Source: an uncultured Chloroflexia bacterium
GTDB lineage: Bacteria > Chloroflexota > Limnocylindria > QHBO01
Reading direction: 5' to 3'
Length of the DNA: 64,000 nucleotides
Assembly (NCBI GenBank): GCA_963797855.1
Contig: CAWCQX010000003.1
Span: 10,642-74,641, forward strand
Shown here: piece by piece, positions 1 through 8,191 of the stretch
Layout: each line of letters starts with the position of its first letter
Position numbering within the stretch: the stretch's first letter is position 1
The notes under the pieces: model-generated
Told to the model about the DNA's origin: nothing
What the model saw: only the letters and a program-made list of their open reading frames with translations
Databases searched by the model: none
Translations under genes and position numbers: made by a program

Positions 1-147
1 GGGGATCGCGCCCTCCTCGACGAGGGCGGTGTAGAGCTCCTCGGCGTCGGCGAAGCCGCGCGTCTCGTGCCCGACCTCGGCCAGGACGGCCATCATCGCG
101 GTGCGGATGAATGGCTCGTCGTCGACGACCCAGACGCGTTGCCCCAT
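1..147 (-). CDS. Response-regulator receiver domain protein, N-terminal 49 codons only (gene runs off window start)
   Basis: Reverse strand from ATG 147-145 reads MGQRVWVVDDEPFIRTAMMAVLAEVGHETRGFADAEELYTALVEEGAIP (CheY-like DD pocket). GGAGG lies 5 nt upstream. It sits 12 nt downstream of the aminotransferase stop on the same strand. Too short for the ORF track. Confidence 0.7.
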   Translation of the reverse strand, partial: MGQRVWVVDDEPFIRTAMMAVLAEVGHETRGFADAEELYTALVEEGAIP

Positions 148-159
148 GTCGACCTCCGT

Positions 160-1443
160 TCAGGCTGCGCTCGCGGCGAGCGCGTCACCGATGACCCCGA
201 TCGCGAGGTCGACTTCCTCCTCGGTCGTCACGAGCGGCGGGATGATCCGCACCACCTGCCCGGACGTGCCGCACGTCAGCAGCAGCAAGTTCCTCGCCAG
301 CGACTCGGCCAGGACCCGCTTGGCCCGTGCCCCGGAGTCGAGCTCGACGGCGACCATCAGGCCGCGACCGCGCACCTCCCGGACCGATTCGTGCGCTCCG
401 ACACGGTCGCGCAGGCCGTCGAGCAGGCGCCCTCCGAGCCGATGCGCGCGCTCGGCGAGGCCCTCGTCATCGATGACGTCGAGCGTCGCGAGCGCGGCGG
501 CGCAGGCGACCGCGTTGCCGCCGTAGGTCCCGCCGTGCGTGCCCGGCTCGAGCCGATCGAGCAGCGAGCGCGCGGCGAGGATGCCGGACAGCGGCAGGCC
601 GGAGGCGATGCCCTTGGCCATGATCACGATGTCGGGCGTCGCATCGGTCCACTCGGTGGCGAAGAAGCGCCCCGTGCGGGCGTAGCCGGACTGGACCTCG
701 TCGACGGCCAGCAGGATCCCGTGTCGGTCGGCCACCTCGCGCAGGGCGGGCAGGAATCCGTCCGGCGGGACCACGTAGCCACCCTCGCCGAGCACGGGCT
801 CGACGACGAACGCGGCCACGTCGTCGGGCGCGGCGGTCGTGGCGAAGACCTCGTCGATCGCCGCGAGCGTGGTGGCCAGGGCCGCATCGGGCCCGCCCAT
901 CCTCAATGGATACGGATACGGAACGTGCTGCACGCCGCCCATGAGCGGCTCGAAGTGGGCGCGGTACTTCACGGTGGACGAGGTGAGCGCCATCGCTCCG
1001 TGGGTGCGGCCGTGGAAGCCGCCGCGGAACGCGATCACCAGCGGGCGGCCCGTCGCGACCTTGGCCAGCTTCACGGCCGCCTCGACCGCCTCGGCCCCGG
1101 AGTTCGAGAGGAAGAGGCCGTAGGCCGTATCGGTCCGGGGATTCGGGAAGCGCTCCGGCAGCCGGCGGTGCAGCTCGAGGCCGGGTTGGTGATAGACGAT
1201 GTTCTGCTGGAGGTGGATGCCGCGCGCGGCCTGCTCGGAGATCGCGGCCACGACGCGCGGATGGGCGTGTCCGGTGTTCACGACGCCGATGCCGCTCGTG
1301 TAGTCGAGGTAGCGCGTGCCGTCGACCGTCTCGATCCAGCAGCCCGATGCGCGCTCCACGATGAGATCGGTGTAGCGAGCCCAGACGGGCGGGACGCCGT
1401 CGCGAAGGGCCGCCCAGTCGGTCAGGACGTCGCGGGATGTCAT
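160..1443 (-). CDS. Class-III PLP-dependent aminotransferase (4-aminobutyrate/putrescine aminotransferase-like)
   Basis: 427-aa ORF with YLDYTSGIGVVNTGHAHP, DEVQSGYARTGRFFA and IVIMAKGIASGLPLSG (PLP-lysine context). Its ATG overlaps the stop of the upstream permease gene (ATGA at 1440-1443). Confidence 0.85.
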   Translation of the reverse strand: MTSRDVLTDWAALRDGVPPVWARYTDLIVERASGCWIETVDGTRYLDYTSGIGVVNTGHAHPRVVAAISEQAARGIHLQQNIVYHQPGLELHRRLPERFPNPRTDTAYGLFLSNSGAEAVEAAVKLAKVATGRPLVIAFRGGFHGRTHGAMALTSSTVKYRAHFEPLMGGVQHVPYPYPLRMGGPDAALATTLAAIDEVFATTAAPDDVAAFVVEPVLGEGGYVVPPDGFLPALREVADRHGILLAVDEVQSGYARTGRFFATEWTDATPDIVIMAKGIASGLPLSGILAARSLLDRLEPGTHGGTYGGNAVACAAALATLDVIDDEGLAERAHRLGGRLLDGLRDRVGAHESVREVRGRGLMVAVELDSGARAKRVLAESLARNLLLLTCGTSGQVVRIIPPLVTTEEEVDLAIGVIGDALAASAA

Positions 1444-2270
1444 GGCATCGAGGGCGCGGTGGCAGCGGCGACCATCTTTCGCTCGTCAGCCGCCTGCCGC
1501 TGGCTCCAGAGCTGGACGGCGATGAAGGCGATCGCGACGAGGAAGATCAACGTGCCCAGCACGTTGACCTCCGGCGGGATGCCGACGCGGCTGGCACCGA
1601 AGACCCACAGCGGGAAGGTGACGGTGCGCCCGGCGCTGAACAGCGTGATGACGTAGTCGTCGATCGACAGCGCGAACGCCAGCAGCCCGGCCGCGAGGAT
1701 GCCCGGGAAGATGATCGGGAAGGTCACGCGCCAGAACGTCTGGCGTTCGTTGGCGTAGAGGTCCATGCCGGCCTCCTCGAGCTGGCGGTTGAAGCCGACG
1801 AGGCGCGGCCTCAGGGTGACGATCACGTAGCTGATGTTGAACATCACGTGGGCGATCAGGATCGTGAGGAAGCCGCGGGGAACGCCGATCGAGATCCACA
1901 TCGTCAGCAGCGAGGCGCCCAGGATGATCTCGGGTGCCGCCATCGGGATGAAGATCAGCAGGTTGAGCGCGCCGCGGCCACGGAACTCGTATCGCGAGAG
2001 GGCGAGGGCGATCATCGTCCCGAACGTCGTCGCCAGGACGGTTGAGATCGCGGCGATGGCAAGGCTCGTGACCATCGGTCCCGTGATCTGCGGCCGGCTC
2101 CAGATGTCGAGGTAGTTCTCGAACGTGAAGCCCTGCCAGGTGATGTTCTGCCGCCCGGCCGGGTCGTTGAAGCTGAAGACGATCATCACGACGATCGGCG
2201 CGAACAGGAACACCACGACGAGGGCCGTGAAGACCCGCAGCAGGGCGCGGGAGGTCTTTGAATCGCCCAT
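1440..2270 (-). CDS. ABC transporter permease, PotC/PotI-like
   Basis: 276-aa ORF with multiple TM segments and an EAA loop, LEEAGMDLYANERQTFWRVTFPIIFPG. Start overlaps the upstream permease stop. Confidence 0.85.
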   Translation of the reverse strand: MGDSKTSRALLRVFTALVVVFLFAPIVVMIVFSFNDPAGRQNITWQGFTFENYLDIWSRPQITGPMVTSLAIAAISTVLATTFGTMIALALSRYEFRGRGALNLLIFIPMAAPEIILGASLLTMWISIGVPRGFLTILIAHVMFNISYVIVTLRPRLVGFNRQLEEAGMDLYANERQTFWRVTFPIIFPGILAAGLLAFALSIDDYVITLFSAGRTVTFPLWVFGASRVGIPPEVNVLGTLIFLVAIAFIAVQLWSQRQAADERKMVAAATAPSMP

Positions 2271-3121
2271 CAGGTCGTCAGCCGATCGGTGCCGACCGCG
2301 CGGCTGTACCCCGCGACGAGGATCGTCACCCCGATGACGAGGACGAACGAGAGCGCCGCGGCCGAGGGGTAGTCGTTCGCGTTGATGTACTTGAACTGGA
2401 TGACGTTCCCGATCATCTGCACCTCGGGGTTGCCGGCACCGATGATCTCGGCGTTGATGAAGTCGCCGATGGCCGGGATGAACGTCAGCAACGAGCCTGC
2501 GACGACGCCGGGGAGCGAGAGGGTGAACGTCACCCGCCAGAACGCCTGCCAGCGGCTGGCGTACAGGTCGGTCGCGGCCTCGATCAGGCGCTTGTCGAGC
2601 TTCTCGAGGGCGACGTAGAGCGGCAGGATCATGAACGGCAGGAAGTTGTAGGTCAGCCCGAACACGACCGAGGCGGGGGTCGCCAGGAAGTGGAACGCCT
2701 GGTCGAGGACGCCGAGGTCCTTCAGCGTGCCGAAGACGAGGCCGTTGTCCGATAGCAGCATCCGCCAGTTCAGGGTGCGGATGACGAAGCTGACGAAGAA
2801 CGGCAGGATGACGACGAAGAGCAGGGCCGTCTTGAAGCGCCCTCCGTGGAACGCGATCGTGTACGCCATCGGGTACCCGATCAGCAGCGTGATCGCCGTG
2901 GTCAGCAGCGCATAGATGGCCGAGCGAAGGAAGAGGTCACCGAACTGGCCGATGACCTGCGGATAGATCCCGAAGTTCCAGGTCAGCGTGTAGCCGGTGT
3001 CGAGCGACCCTTCCTGCAGCGAGACGCTCAGCATGATCGCCATGGGGATGGCGAAGAAGACGATCAGCCAGAGCCCTCCCGGCAAGAGCAGGAGGTAGGG
3101 CGTCAGGCGGCCGCGGCCCAT
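2270..3121 (-). CDS. ABC transporter permease, PotB/PotH-like
   Basis: 283-aa ORF with multiple TM segments and an EAA loop, IEAATDLYASRWQAFWRVTFTLSLPG. Confidence 0.85.
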   Translation of the reverse strand: MGRGRLTPYLLLLPGGLWLIVFFAIPMAIMLSVSLQEGSLDTGYTLTWNFGIYPQVIGQFGDLFLRSAIYALLTTAITLLIGYPMAYTIAFHGGRFKTALLFVVILPFFVSFVIRTLNWRMLLSDNGLVFGTLKDLGVLDQAFHFLATPASVVFGLTYNFLPFMILPLYVALEKLDKRLIEAATDLYASRWQAFWRVTFTLSLPGVVAGSLLTFIPAIGDFINAEIIGAGNPEVQMIGNVIQFKYINANDYPSAAALSFVLVIGVTILVAGYSRAVGTDRLTT

Positions 3122-3143
3122 GGCGGTCGAGCTCTGCCTGCGC

Positions 3144-4403
3144 TCAGCTGCTCACCTCGAGCCAGAGGTCGTTCCACTCGGCCTCCTCGTCTTCGGTGAG
3201 CTCCTTGTCGGTGTACGTGTTCGCGAGCTGGTCCTCGGTCGGCACGACCGTCGGCGCCACGGCGTCGTAGTAGTCGGCATTCTCCGTGTCGCCATCGGCG
3301 CGATACGCCTCGGCGTCGGCGACGATCTGCTCCTGGACGCCGTTCACCCCGGTGAAGTAGCCGATGTACTCCGAAATCAGCGTCGCGCCCGGGACGCCGT
3401 AGTAGTAGTTCATGAGCTTGTGGGCGCCATGGATGTGGGAGGTGCCCTTCGGGATCGCGAAGTTGTCGTTCCAGCGCATCGCCCCGTCCTGCGGGATGAC
3501 GAACTGGACCTTGTCGTTGTCGTTCAGCTGCATCTGCGTGATGTCGCCCGACCAGGCGATCGAGATCGCGAGATCGCCCGCGGCCAGTGCGTCGTAGTAC
3601 TCGTTGCCGTAGTAGCCCCGGAACTGGTTGCGGCCATTGGCCTCGAGCAGCTTGTCGCGCGCACGAGTGACGTCGTCGACCGTCGCGTTTGCCGGCTCCA
3701 CGCCGAGGGACAGCAGCGTGAGCCCGAACGTGTCGCGCATGTCGCTGAACGCGCCCGCGACCCCGGCAAAGGCCGGGTCGAGCAGGTCGTCGAACGTCGT
3801 GATCTCGCGGCCGGTGAGCTCGGGATCGTACGCGATCCCGGTGATGCCGCCCTGCCACCAGAGGCTGTACTTGTTGTCCGGGTCGAACCAGAGGCCCTTG
3901 GCGTAGTCGGCCGCGTTCGCCGTCCAGTTCGGCAGCTGGCTGTGGTCGAGCTCCTCGAGCACCTCGAGCCGAGCCAGGCGTTCGACCACCCAGCCACCGG
4001 GCGTGATGATGTCCCAGCCGGTGGCGTTGCCGGCCTGGAGGTCGGGGAGGATCACGCCCATGAAGTCGGCGTTGTCCTGGATCGCCTCGGTGTAGTTGAC
4101 CTCGAGGCCGCTCTCTTCGGTGAAGGCGACGATGCTCGGATAGTTGCCGTCGTCGTCGATGTCGATGTAGAGGGGCCAGTTCGCCCACTCGAGCGCGCCG
4201 GCGGCGTCCGATGCGCTCGCGGAGCCCGCCGCGGAGCTTCCGGGCCGGATCCCGCACGCCGCGAGGATCGACGCGATCGACAACGTCGACCCGGCAACGA
4301 GAGCGCCCCGCCCGGTCTGCCGCAGGAAGCTTCGCCGGCTCACCCGCTTGTCCGGTCGGAACGCTCGGGCAATGGCTCGTTCGAGGTCGGTACGCTCACT
4401 CAT
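3144..4403 (-). CDS. Polyamine-type (PotD/PotF-like) ABC substrate-binding lipoprotein
   Basis: 419-aa ORF with a Tat/lipoprotein-type leader, SRRSFLRQTGRGALVAGSTLSIASILAACG. The mature part resembles spermidine/putrescine-binding proteins. Start overlaps the ATPase stop by 8 nt. Confidence 0.8.
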   Translation of the reverse strand: MSERTDLERAIARAFRPDKRVSRRSFLRQTGRGALVAGSTLSIASILAACGIRPGSSAAGSASASDAAGALEWANWPLYIDIDDDGNYPSIVAFTEESGLEVNYTEAIQDNADFMGVILPDLQAGNATGWDIITPGGWVVERLARLEVLEELDHSQLPNWTANAADYAKGLWFDPDNKYSLWWQGGITGIAYDPELTGREITTFDDLLDPAFAGVAGAFSDMRDTFGLTLLSLGVEPANATVDDVTRARDKLLEANGRNQFRGYYGNEYYDALAAGDLAISIAWSGDITQMQLNDNDKVQFVIPQDGAMRWNDNFAIPKGTSHIHGAHKLMNYYYGVPGATLISEYIGYFTGVNGVQEQIVADAEAYRADGDTENADYYDAVAPTVVPTEDQLANTYTDKELTEDEEAEWNDLWLEVSS

Positions 4404-5559
4404 CGGTCTGGGCTTCCTCCAACTCCGCGTCCCCCGAGGTCTCCGGTCCGGCAGCGGGACCGATCACGAACGTGTGCTGTGGCTTCCAGGTGAGGCGAAC
4501 CCGCTGGCCGTCGGCCAGCACCTCGCTCGCGCCACCCGTCTCGAGATTCTGTGCGTAGACGGTGAGCGTGTGCCCATCCGCGGTCTTGACCAGGTACTGC
4601 GTGCTCACCCCGATGTATGACGCGTCGAGCACGTTCCCCTCGATGACGTTCGACTCGCCGTCGAACCCCGGCGCGGAATCGTCGCCGATGGCGATGACGC
4701 GCAGCTTCTCGGGGCGGACGCCGAGCCGGACCTTCGTCTCGCCGTTCAGCGCCGAGGCCGGTGCGCGCAGCATCGTCCCGTCCGCCAGGCGCACGTCGGC
4801 ATAGCGACCGTCGCGGCTGGCGACCTCACCGTCGAGCAGGTTGCTGACGCCGAGGAAGCCCGCGACGAACTCGGTCGCGGGGCGCTCGTACAGCTCCTCC
4901 GGTGCCCCGAGCTGCTCGATCCGGCCCTGCCGCATGACGGCGATGCGATCGGACATCGTCATCGCCTCTTCCTGGTCGTGGGTGACGAAGATGAAGGTGA
5001 TGCCGATCTCGCTCTGGATGCGCTTCAGCTCGATCTGCATCTGCTTGCGCAGCTTGAGGTCGAGGGCGCCGAGCGGCTCGTCGAGCAGCAGGACCTGCGG
5101 ATTGTTGACGAGGGCCCGAGCCAGCGCGACGCGCTGCTGCTGGCCGCCCGACAGCTGCGAGGGACGGCGCTCCTCGTATCCGGGCAGCTCGACGAGCTTG
5201 AGCATGAACGCCACCTGGTGGCGAATCTCCTTCGTGGGCGTCCCACGCCGGCGCAGGCCGAAGGCGATGTTCTCGAAGACGCTGAGGTGCGGGAAGAGGG
5301 CGTAGCTCTGGAAGACGGTGTTCGTCGCCCGCTTGAACGGGGGGAGGTCGGTGACCTCGGTGTCGCCGAGGAAGATCTTGCCCTCGGTGACCTCCTCGAA
5401 GCCGCCGATCATGCGCAGGGTGGTCGTCTTTCCGCAGCCTGAGGGGCCCAGCAGGGAGAAGAATTCGCCCGGGGGAATCTCCAGTGACATGTCGTCCACG
5501 GCGACGAAGTCACCAAAGCGCTTCGTGACGCTTTCCAGACGGACGTCGGCCTCAGGCAC
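4396..5559 (-). CDS. ABC transporter ATP-binding protein, PotA-like
   Basis: Walker A GPSGCGKTT, signature [14 protein letters not shown], Walker [12 protein letters not shown], plus a C-terminal TOBE-like region. Homology starts at VRLESVTKRF, so I place the start at GTG 5559. The first 57 aa of ORF-track entry 4396-5730 look non-coding. Confidence 0.85.
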   Translation of the reverse strand: MPEADVRLESVTKRFGDFVAVDDMSLEIPPGEFFSLLGPSGCGKTTTLRMIGGFEEVTEGKIFLGDTEVTDLPPFKRATNTVFQSYALFPHLSVFENIAFGLRRRGTPTKEIRHQVAFMLKLVELPGYEERRPSQLSGGQQQRVALARALVNNPQVLLLDEPLGALDLKLRKQMQIELKRIQSEIGITFIFVTHDQEEAMTMSDRIAVMRQGRIEQLGAPEELYERPATEFVAGFLGVSNLLDGEVASRDGRYADVRLADGTMLRAPASALNGETKVRLGVRPEKLRVIAIGDDSAPGFDGESNVIEGNVLDASYIGVSTQYLVKTADGHTLTVYAQNLETGGASEVLADGQRVRLTWKPQHTFVIGPAAGPETSGDAELEEAQTDE

Positions 5560-5605
5560 GCTCGAGCACTCGCGAAACCTTGTCTCGTTGCGGCAGGATC
5601 GGGCG

Positions 5606-5636
5606 AGTATAGGTTTCGGCTGGACTCGGGTGTCAA
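5606..5636 (-). promoter_or_regulatory. Candidate sigma-70-type promoter of the ABC importer operon
   Basis: On the minus strand: TTGACA (5636-5631), 19 nt spacer, TATACT (5611-5606), about 45 nt upstream of the proposed GTG start. The spacer is longer than optimal. Confidence 0.35.
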
Positions 5637-5658
5637 CGTCCTTCCCAATTTCTGCAAC

Positions 5659-5687
5659 TTGACGACGTCGCCACGCGTCTTTAGCGC
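5659..5687 (+). promoter_or_regulatory. Candidate promoter for the small arginine-rich ORF
   Basis: TTGACG (5659-5664), 17 nt spacer, TAGCGC (5682-5687). The -10 element is weak. Confidence 0.25.
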
Positions 5688-5723
5688 ACATACCGTGCAC
5701 TGCGGGGGAGAGGACCGAGACCG

Positions 5724-5855
5724 ATGGCAAAGCTCAACCACCAGAAGCGGCACCGCCCGCGCCCGACCGCGTCGCGGCGACGTCGATCCAGCCTTCAGCG
5801 CGCAGAGGATCAGCGGAGCCGCCGCAACCTCGAGCGCTGGCGCAAGTCGACGTAG
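5724..5855 (+). CDS. Small arginine-rich protein (43 aa), unknown function
   Basis: ATG at 5724 is preceded by GGGGGAGAGGA (5704-5714). Translation: MAKLNHQKRHRPRPTASRRRRSSLQRAEDQRSRRNLERWRKST. About 84% G/C at third codon positions. A strong intrinsic terminator follows 20 nt after the stop. Below the ORF-track length cutoff. Confidence 0.4.
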   Translation: MAKLNHQKRHRPRPTASRRRRSSLQRAEDQRSRRNLERWRKST

Positions 5856-5875
5856 CGCCCGACCGCCACCCCTCC

Positions 5876-5914
5876 GGACCCGATCGATCCACCTCCGATC
5901 GGGTCCTTTTCGTT
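5876..5914 (+). terminator. Rho-independent terminator
   Basis: Perfect 11-bp stem GGACCCGATCG (5876-5886) / CGATCGGGTCC (5896-5906), 9-nt loop, followed by TTTTCGTT. Confidence 0.6.
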
Positions 5915-5922
5915 GCTAGACT
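5914..5922 (+). promoter_or_regulatory. Extended -10 element TGcTAGACT upstream of the acyl-CoA dehydrogenase gene
   Basis: TGCTAGACT lies 38 nt upstream of ATG 5960. The identical 9-mer occurs upstream of tRNA-Glu (30995-31003). Confidence 0.35.
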
Positions 5923-5959
5923 CCGGGCACCGACCACGCCCCACGGAGCCTGCCCGCCG

Positions 5960-7111
5960 ATGGACTTCGCCCTCTCTCCCCAGCACGCCGAAATCCAGCG
6001 CACGGTGCGCGAGTTCGCCGAGCGGCGGATCGTGCCGGTCGCCGACGAGCTCGAGCGCAAGGGCGAGTTCCCCCACGAGATCATCCGCGAGGCGGCTGGC
6101 CTGGGCTTCCTCGGCGTGCCGTACCCCGAGGAGATCGGCGGCACCGGGCTCGACTCGCTGGCCTACGCGATCACCGTCGAGGAGCTCAGCCGCGCGAGCG
6201 GAAGCGTCGGGATCATCGTCAGCGCCCACACGAGCCTCGGCTGCAACCCGATCTGGCTGGCCGGGACCGATGCGCAGAAGGAGCGCTACCTGCGACCGAT
6301 GGCATCCGGCCAGGTGATCGGCGCCTACGGCCTCACCGAACCCGGTGCGGGCAGCGACTCACGCGGAACGAAGACGCGTGCTCGTCGCGATGGCGACGAG
6401 TGGATTCTCAACGGCAGCAAGCGCTTCATCACCAACGCGGGCGTGGCCGGCACGTACATCGTCACCGCGGTGACCGAGCGGGAGCACGAGAGCGGGAAGA
6501 TCAGCGCCTTCATCCTGGAGGCCGATACGCCGGGCTTCAGCATCGGCCGCATGGAGGAGAAGATGGGCCTCCATGCCAGCAACACCGGCGAGCTGATCTT
6601 CGAGGACGCTCGGATCCCCCTCGAGAACCTCCTCGGAGAAGAGGGCCAGGGCGACAAGCTGTTCCTGAAGACGCTCGACGGCGGGCGCATCGGCATCGCG
6701 TCGATGGCGCTCGGGCTGGCCCAGGCGGCCTACGAGGCGGCATCGGCCTACGCGAAGGAGCGACGCCAGTTCGGGCGGCCGATCGGCGAGTTCCAGGGCG
6801 TCGCCTTCATGATCGCCGACATGGCGACGCGGATCGACGCCGCTCGGCTGATGACCTATCGCGCGGCGTGGCTGAAGGATGCCGGCAAGCCGTACTCGAC
6901 CGAGGCGGCCATGGCCAAGCTCTTCGCCTCCGAGGTCGCCCGCGACGTCACGAACGACGCGATCCAGGTGCACGGCGGCTACGGCTACATCACCGAGTAT
7001 CGCGTCGAGCGCTATCTCCGCGACGCGAAGCTCACCGAGATCGGGGAGGGCACGAGTGAGATCCAGCGGATGGTGATCGCTCGAAACCTGCTCGGCCTGC
7101 GAGCGATGTAG
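5960..7111 (+). CDS. Acyl-CoA dehydrogenase (short/branched-chain type)
   Basis: 383-aa intact ORF with GAYGLTEPGAGSD, RFITNAG, QVHGGYGYITEYRVERYLRDAKLTEIGEGTSEIQ (ACAD N, middle and C-terminal signatures). Confidence 0.9.
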   Translation: MDFALSPQHAEIQRTVREFAERRIVPVADELERKGEFPHEIIREAAGLGFLGVPYPEEIGGTGLDSLAYAITVEELSRASGSVGIIVSAHTSLGCNPIWLAGTDAQKERYLRPMASGQVIGAYGLTEPGAGSDSRGTKTRARRDGDEWILNGSKRFITNAGVAGTYIVTAVTEREHESGKISAFILEADTPGFSIGRMEEKMGLHASNTGELIFEDARIPLENLLGEEGQGDKLFLKTLDGGRIGIASMALGLAQAAYEAASAYAKERRQFGRPIGEFQGVAFMIADMATRIDAARLMTYRAAWLKDAGKPYSTEAAMAKLFASEVARDVTNDAIQVHGGYGYITEYRVERYLRDAKLTEIGEGTSEIQRMVIARNLLGLRAM

Positions 7112-7172
7112 CGCGCCGATCCTGCTACGCTCCCGACACCCCACACACCCGCCCACGAGGTATCTCCAGACC

Positions 7173-7765
7173 ATGAGCAGCCGCATCGACGAGCTGGACG
7201 CCATCGTCCGCCGGTTCGACCTGAACGATCATCCCTTCTACACCGAGTGGCGCGCCGGCACGCTGCCGGTCGAGCGCCTTGCCGAGTACGCGGACGAATG
7301 GGCGCCCTTCATCGGCGCGGTCGACGCGGGCTGGGAGCGGATCGGGTACCCCGCCTACGCCGCCGAGGAGCGCGAGCACGACGAGCTCTGGAGCCGCTTC
7401 CGCGGCGCGCTCGGCGCGACCGGCGAGATGCGACGCCCGCAGTCGCGCACGCTTGCTGGCCGTGGGCGAGAACGCGTTCGCATCGGTCCCTGAGGCGCTC
7501 GGAGCGCTGTACAGCTTCGAGGTCCAGCAGCCGGCCACCGCGAGCTCGAAGCTCGCCGGTCTCCGCGAGCACTACGCCGGGACGGTCGACGCCGACGCGC
7601 AGCAGTACTTCGTCGAGCATGCGGTCGAGACCGATGAGCCGGCGATGCTCGCCGCGCGGATCGACGCGCCTGACCGACGGCGAGTTCGCTCGGGCGAAGA
7701 CGGCCTGCGCGATCTTCAGCGCGGCGGCGTGGGGTGCCCTGGACGGGGTCTACTACACCGACTGA
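7173..7765 (+). pseudogene. Heme-oxygenase-like (PqqC/TenA/CADD-type) protein; frame broken at ~7454 and ~7679 (pseudogene or assembly indel)
   Basis: Three frames join into one product: MSSRIDELDAIVRRFDLNDHPFYTEWRAGTLPVERLAEYA...SRTL / LAVGENAFASVPEALGALYSFEVQQPATASSKLAGLREHYAG...AARIDA / LTDGEFARAKTACAIFSAAAWGALDGVYYTD*. HPFYxxW is typical of the PqqC/CADD fold. Confidence 0.6.
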
Positions 7766-7775
7766 CCGGCGCCGC

Positions 7776-8165
7776 TCAGCCGCGGCGGTTGCTGAACTCG
7801 ACCGACCAGCGCCAGGCGCTTCCGTCCTCGGCATTCCACCAATGGGTGAGGATCCCGGCCTCGCCGCCGGGGAGGATCACGATGGCGCCGAGGTCCGCCT
7901 GGGTCGGCCAGCGATCCTCGCGCGTGATCTCTTCGCCGTCCAGGGCGAATCGGGTCATCGGGAGGTACTTGGCCTTGCGTGCCAGTCCCTCCCCGCGCGC
8001 GACGACGCGGTCGTCGCCCTGGCGCACGGTCACCGCGACCTTGCGCGGGACCGAGTGTGCCCACACGACGTCGTGCGGATCGATGCGGGCGCGTGCCAGT
8101 GGGAGGCCCGTCGCACCCGCTCCGGGGTACCACAGCTCCCAGGTGTGCAGCTCGTCGTAGGCCAT
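7776..8165 (-). CDS. Hypothetical protein (129 aa)
   Basis: Intact ORF, MAYDELHTWELWYPGAGATGLPLARARIDP...WNAEDGSAWRWSVEFSNRRG, with coding-like composition. It lies directly downstream of the acetoacetyl-CoA synthetase on the same strand. No family recognised. Confidence 0.55.
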   Translation of the reverse strand: MAYDELHTWELWYPGAGATGLPLARARIDPHDVVWAHSVPRKVAVTVRQGDDRVVARGEGLARKAKYLPMTRFALDGEEITREDRWPTQADLGAIVILPGGEAGILTHWWNAEDGSAWRWSVEFSNRRG

Positions 8166-8191
8166 CCGGCAATCCTACGCTGCGCGTCCGA

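Noticed and set aside
67-1656. 529-aa plus-strand ORF covering the aminotransferase locus
   Set aside because: It is antisense to a gene with clear class-III aminotransferase motifs. Its product is Arg/Asp/Gly-rich with no motifs. This is typical of stop-poor antisense frames in ~70% GC DNA.
5560-5730. N-terminal 57-aa extension of the PotA-like ORF, and minus-strand ORFs 5734-6144 / 5810-6229 in the intergenic region
   Set aside because: The extension precedes the conserved ATPase N-terminus and overlaps the predicted promoter. The other ORFs are antisense to the small-ORF/terminator unit and to the dehydrogenase 5' end, and have no motifs.
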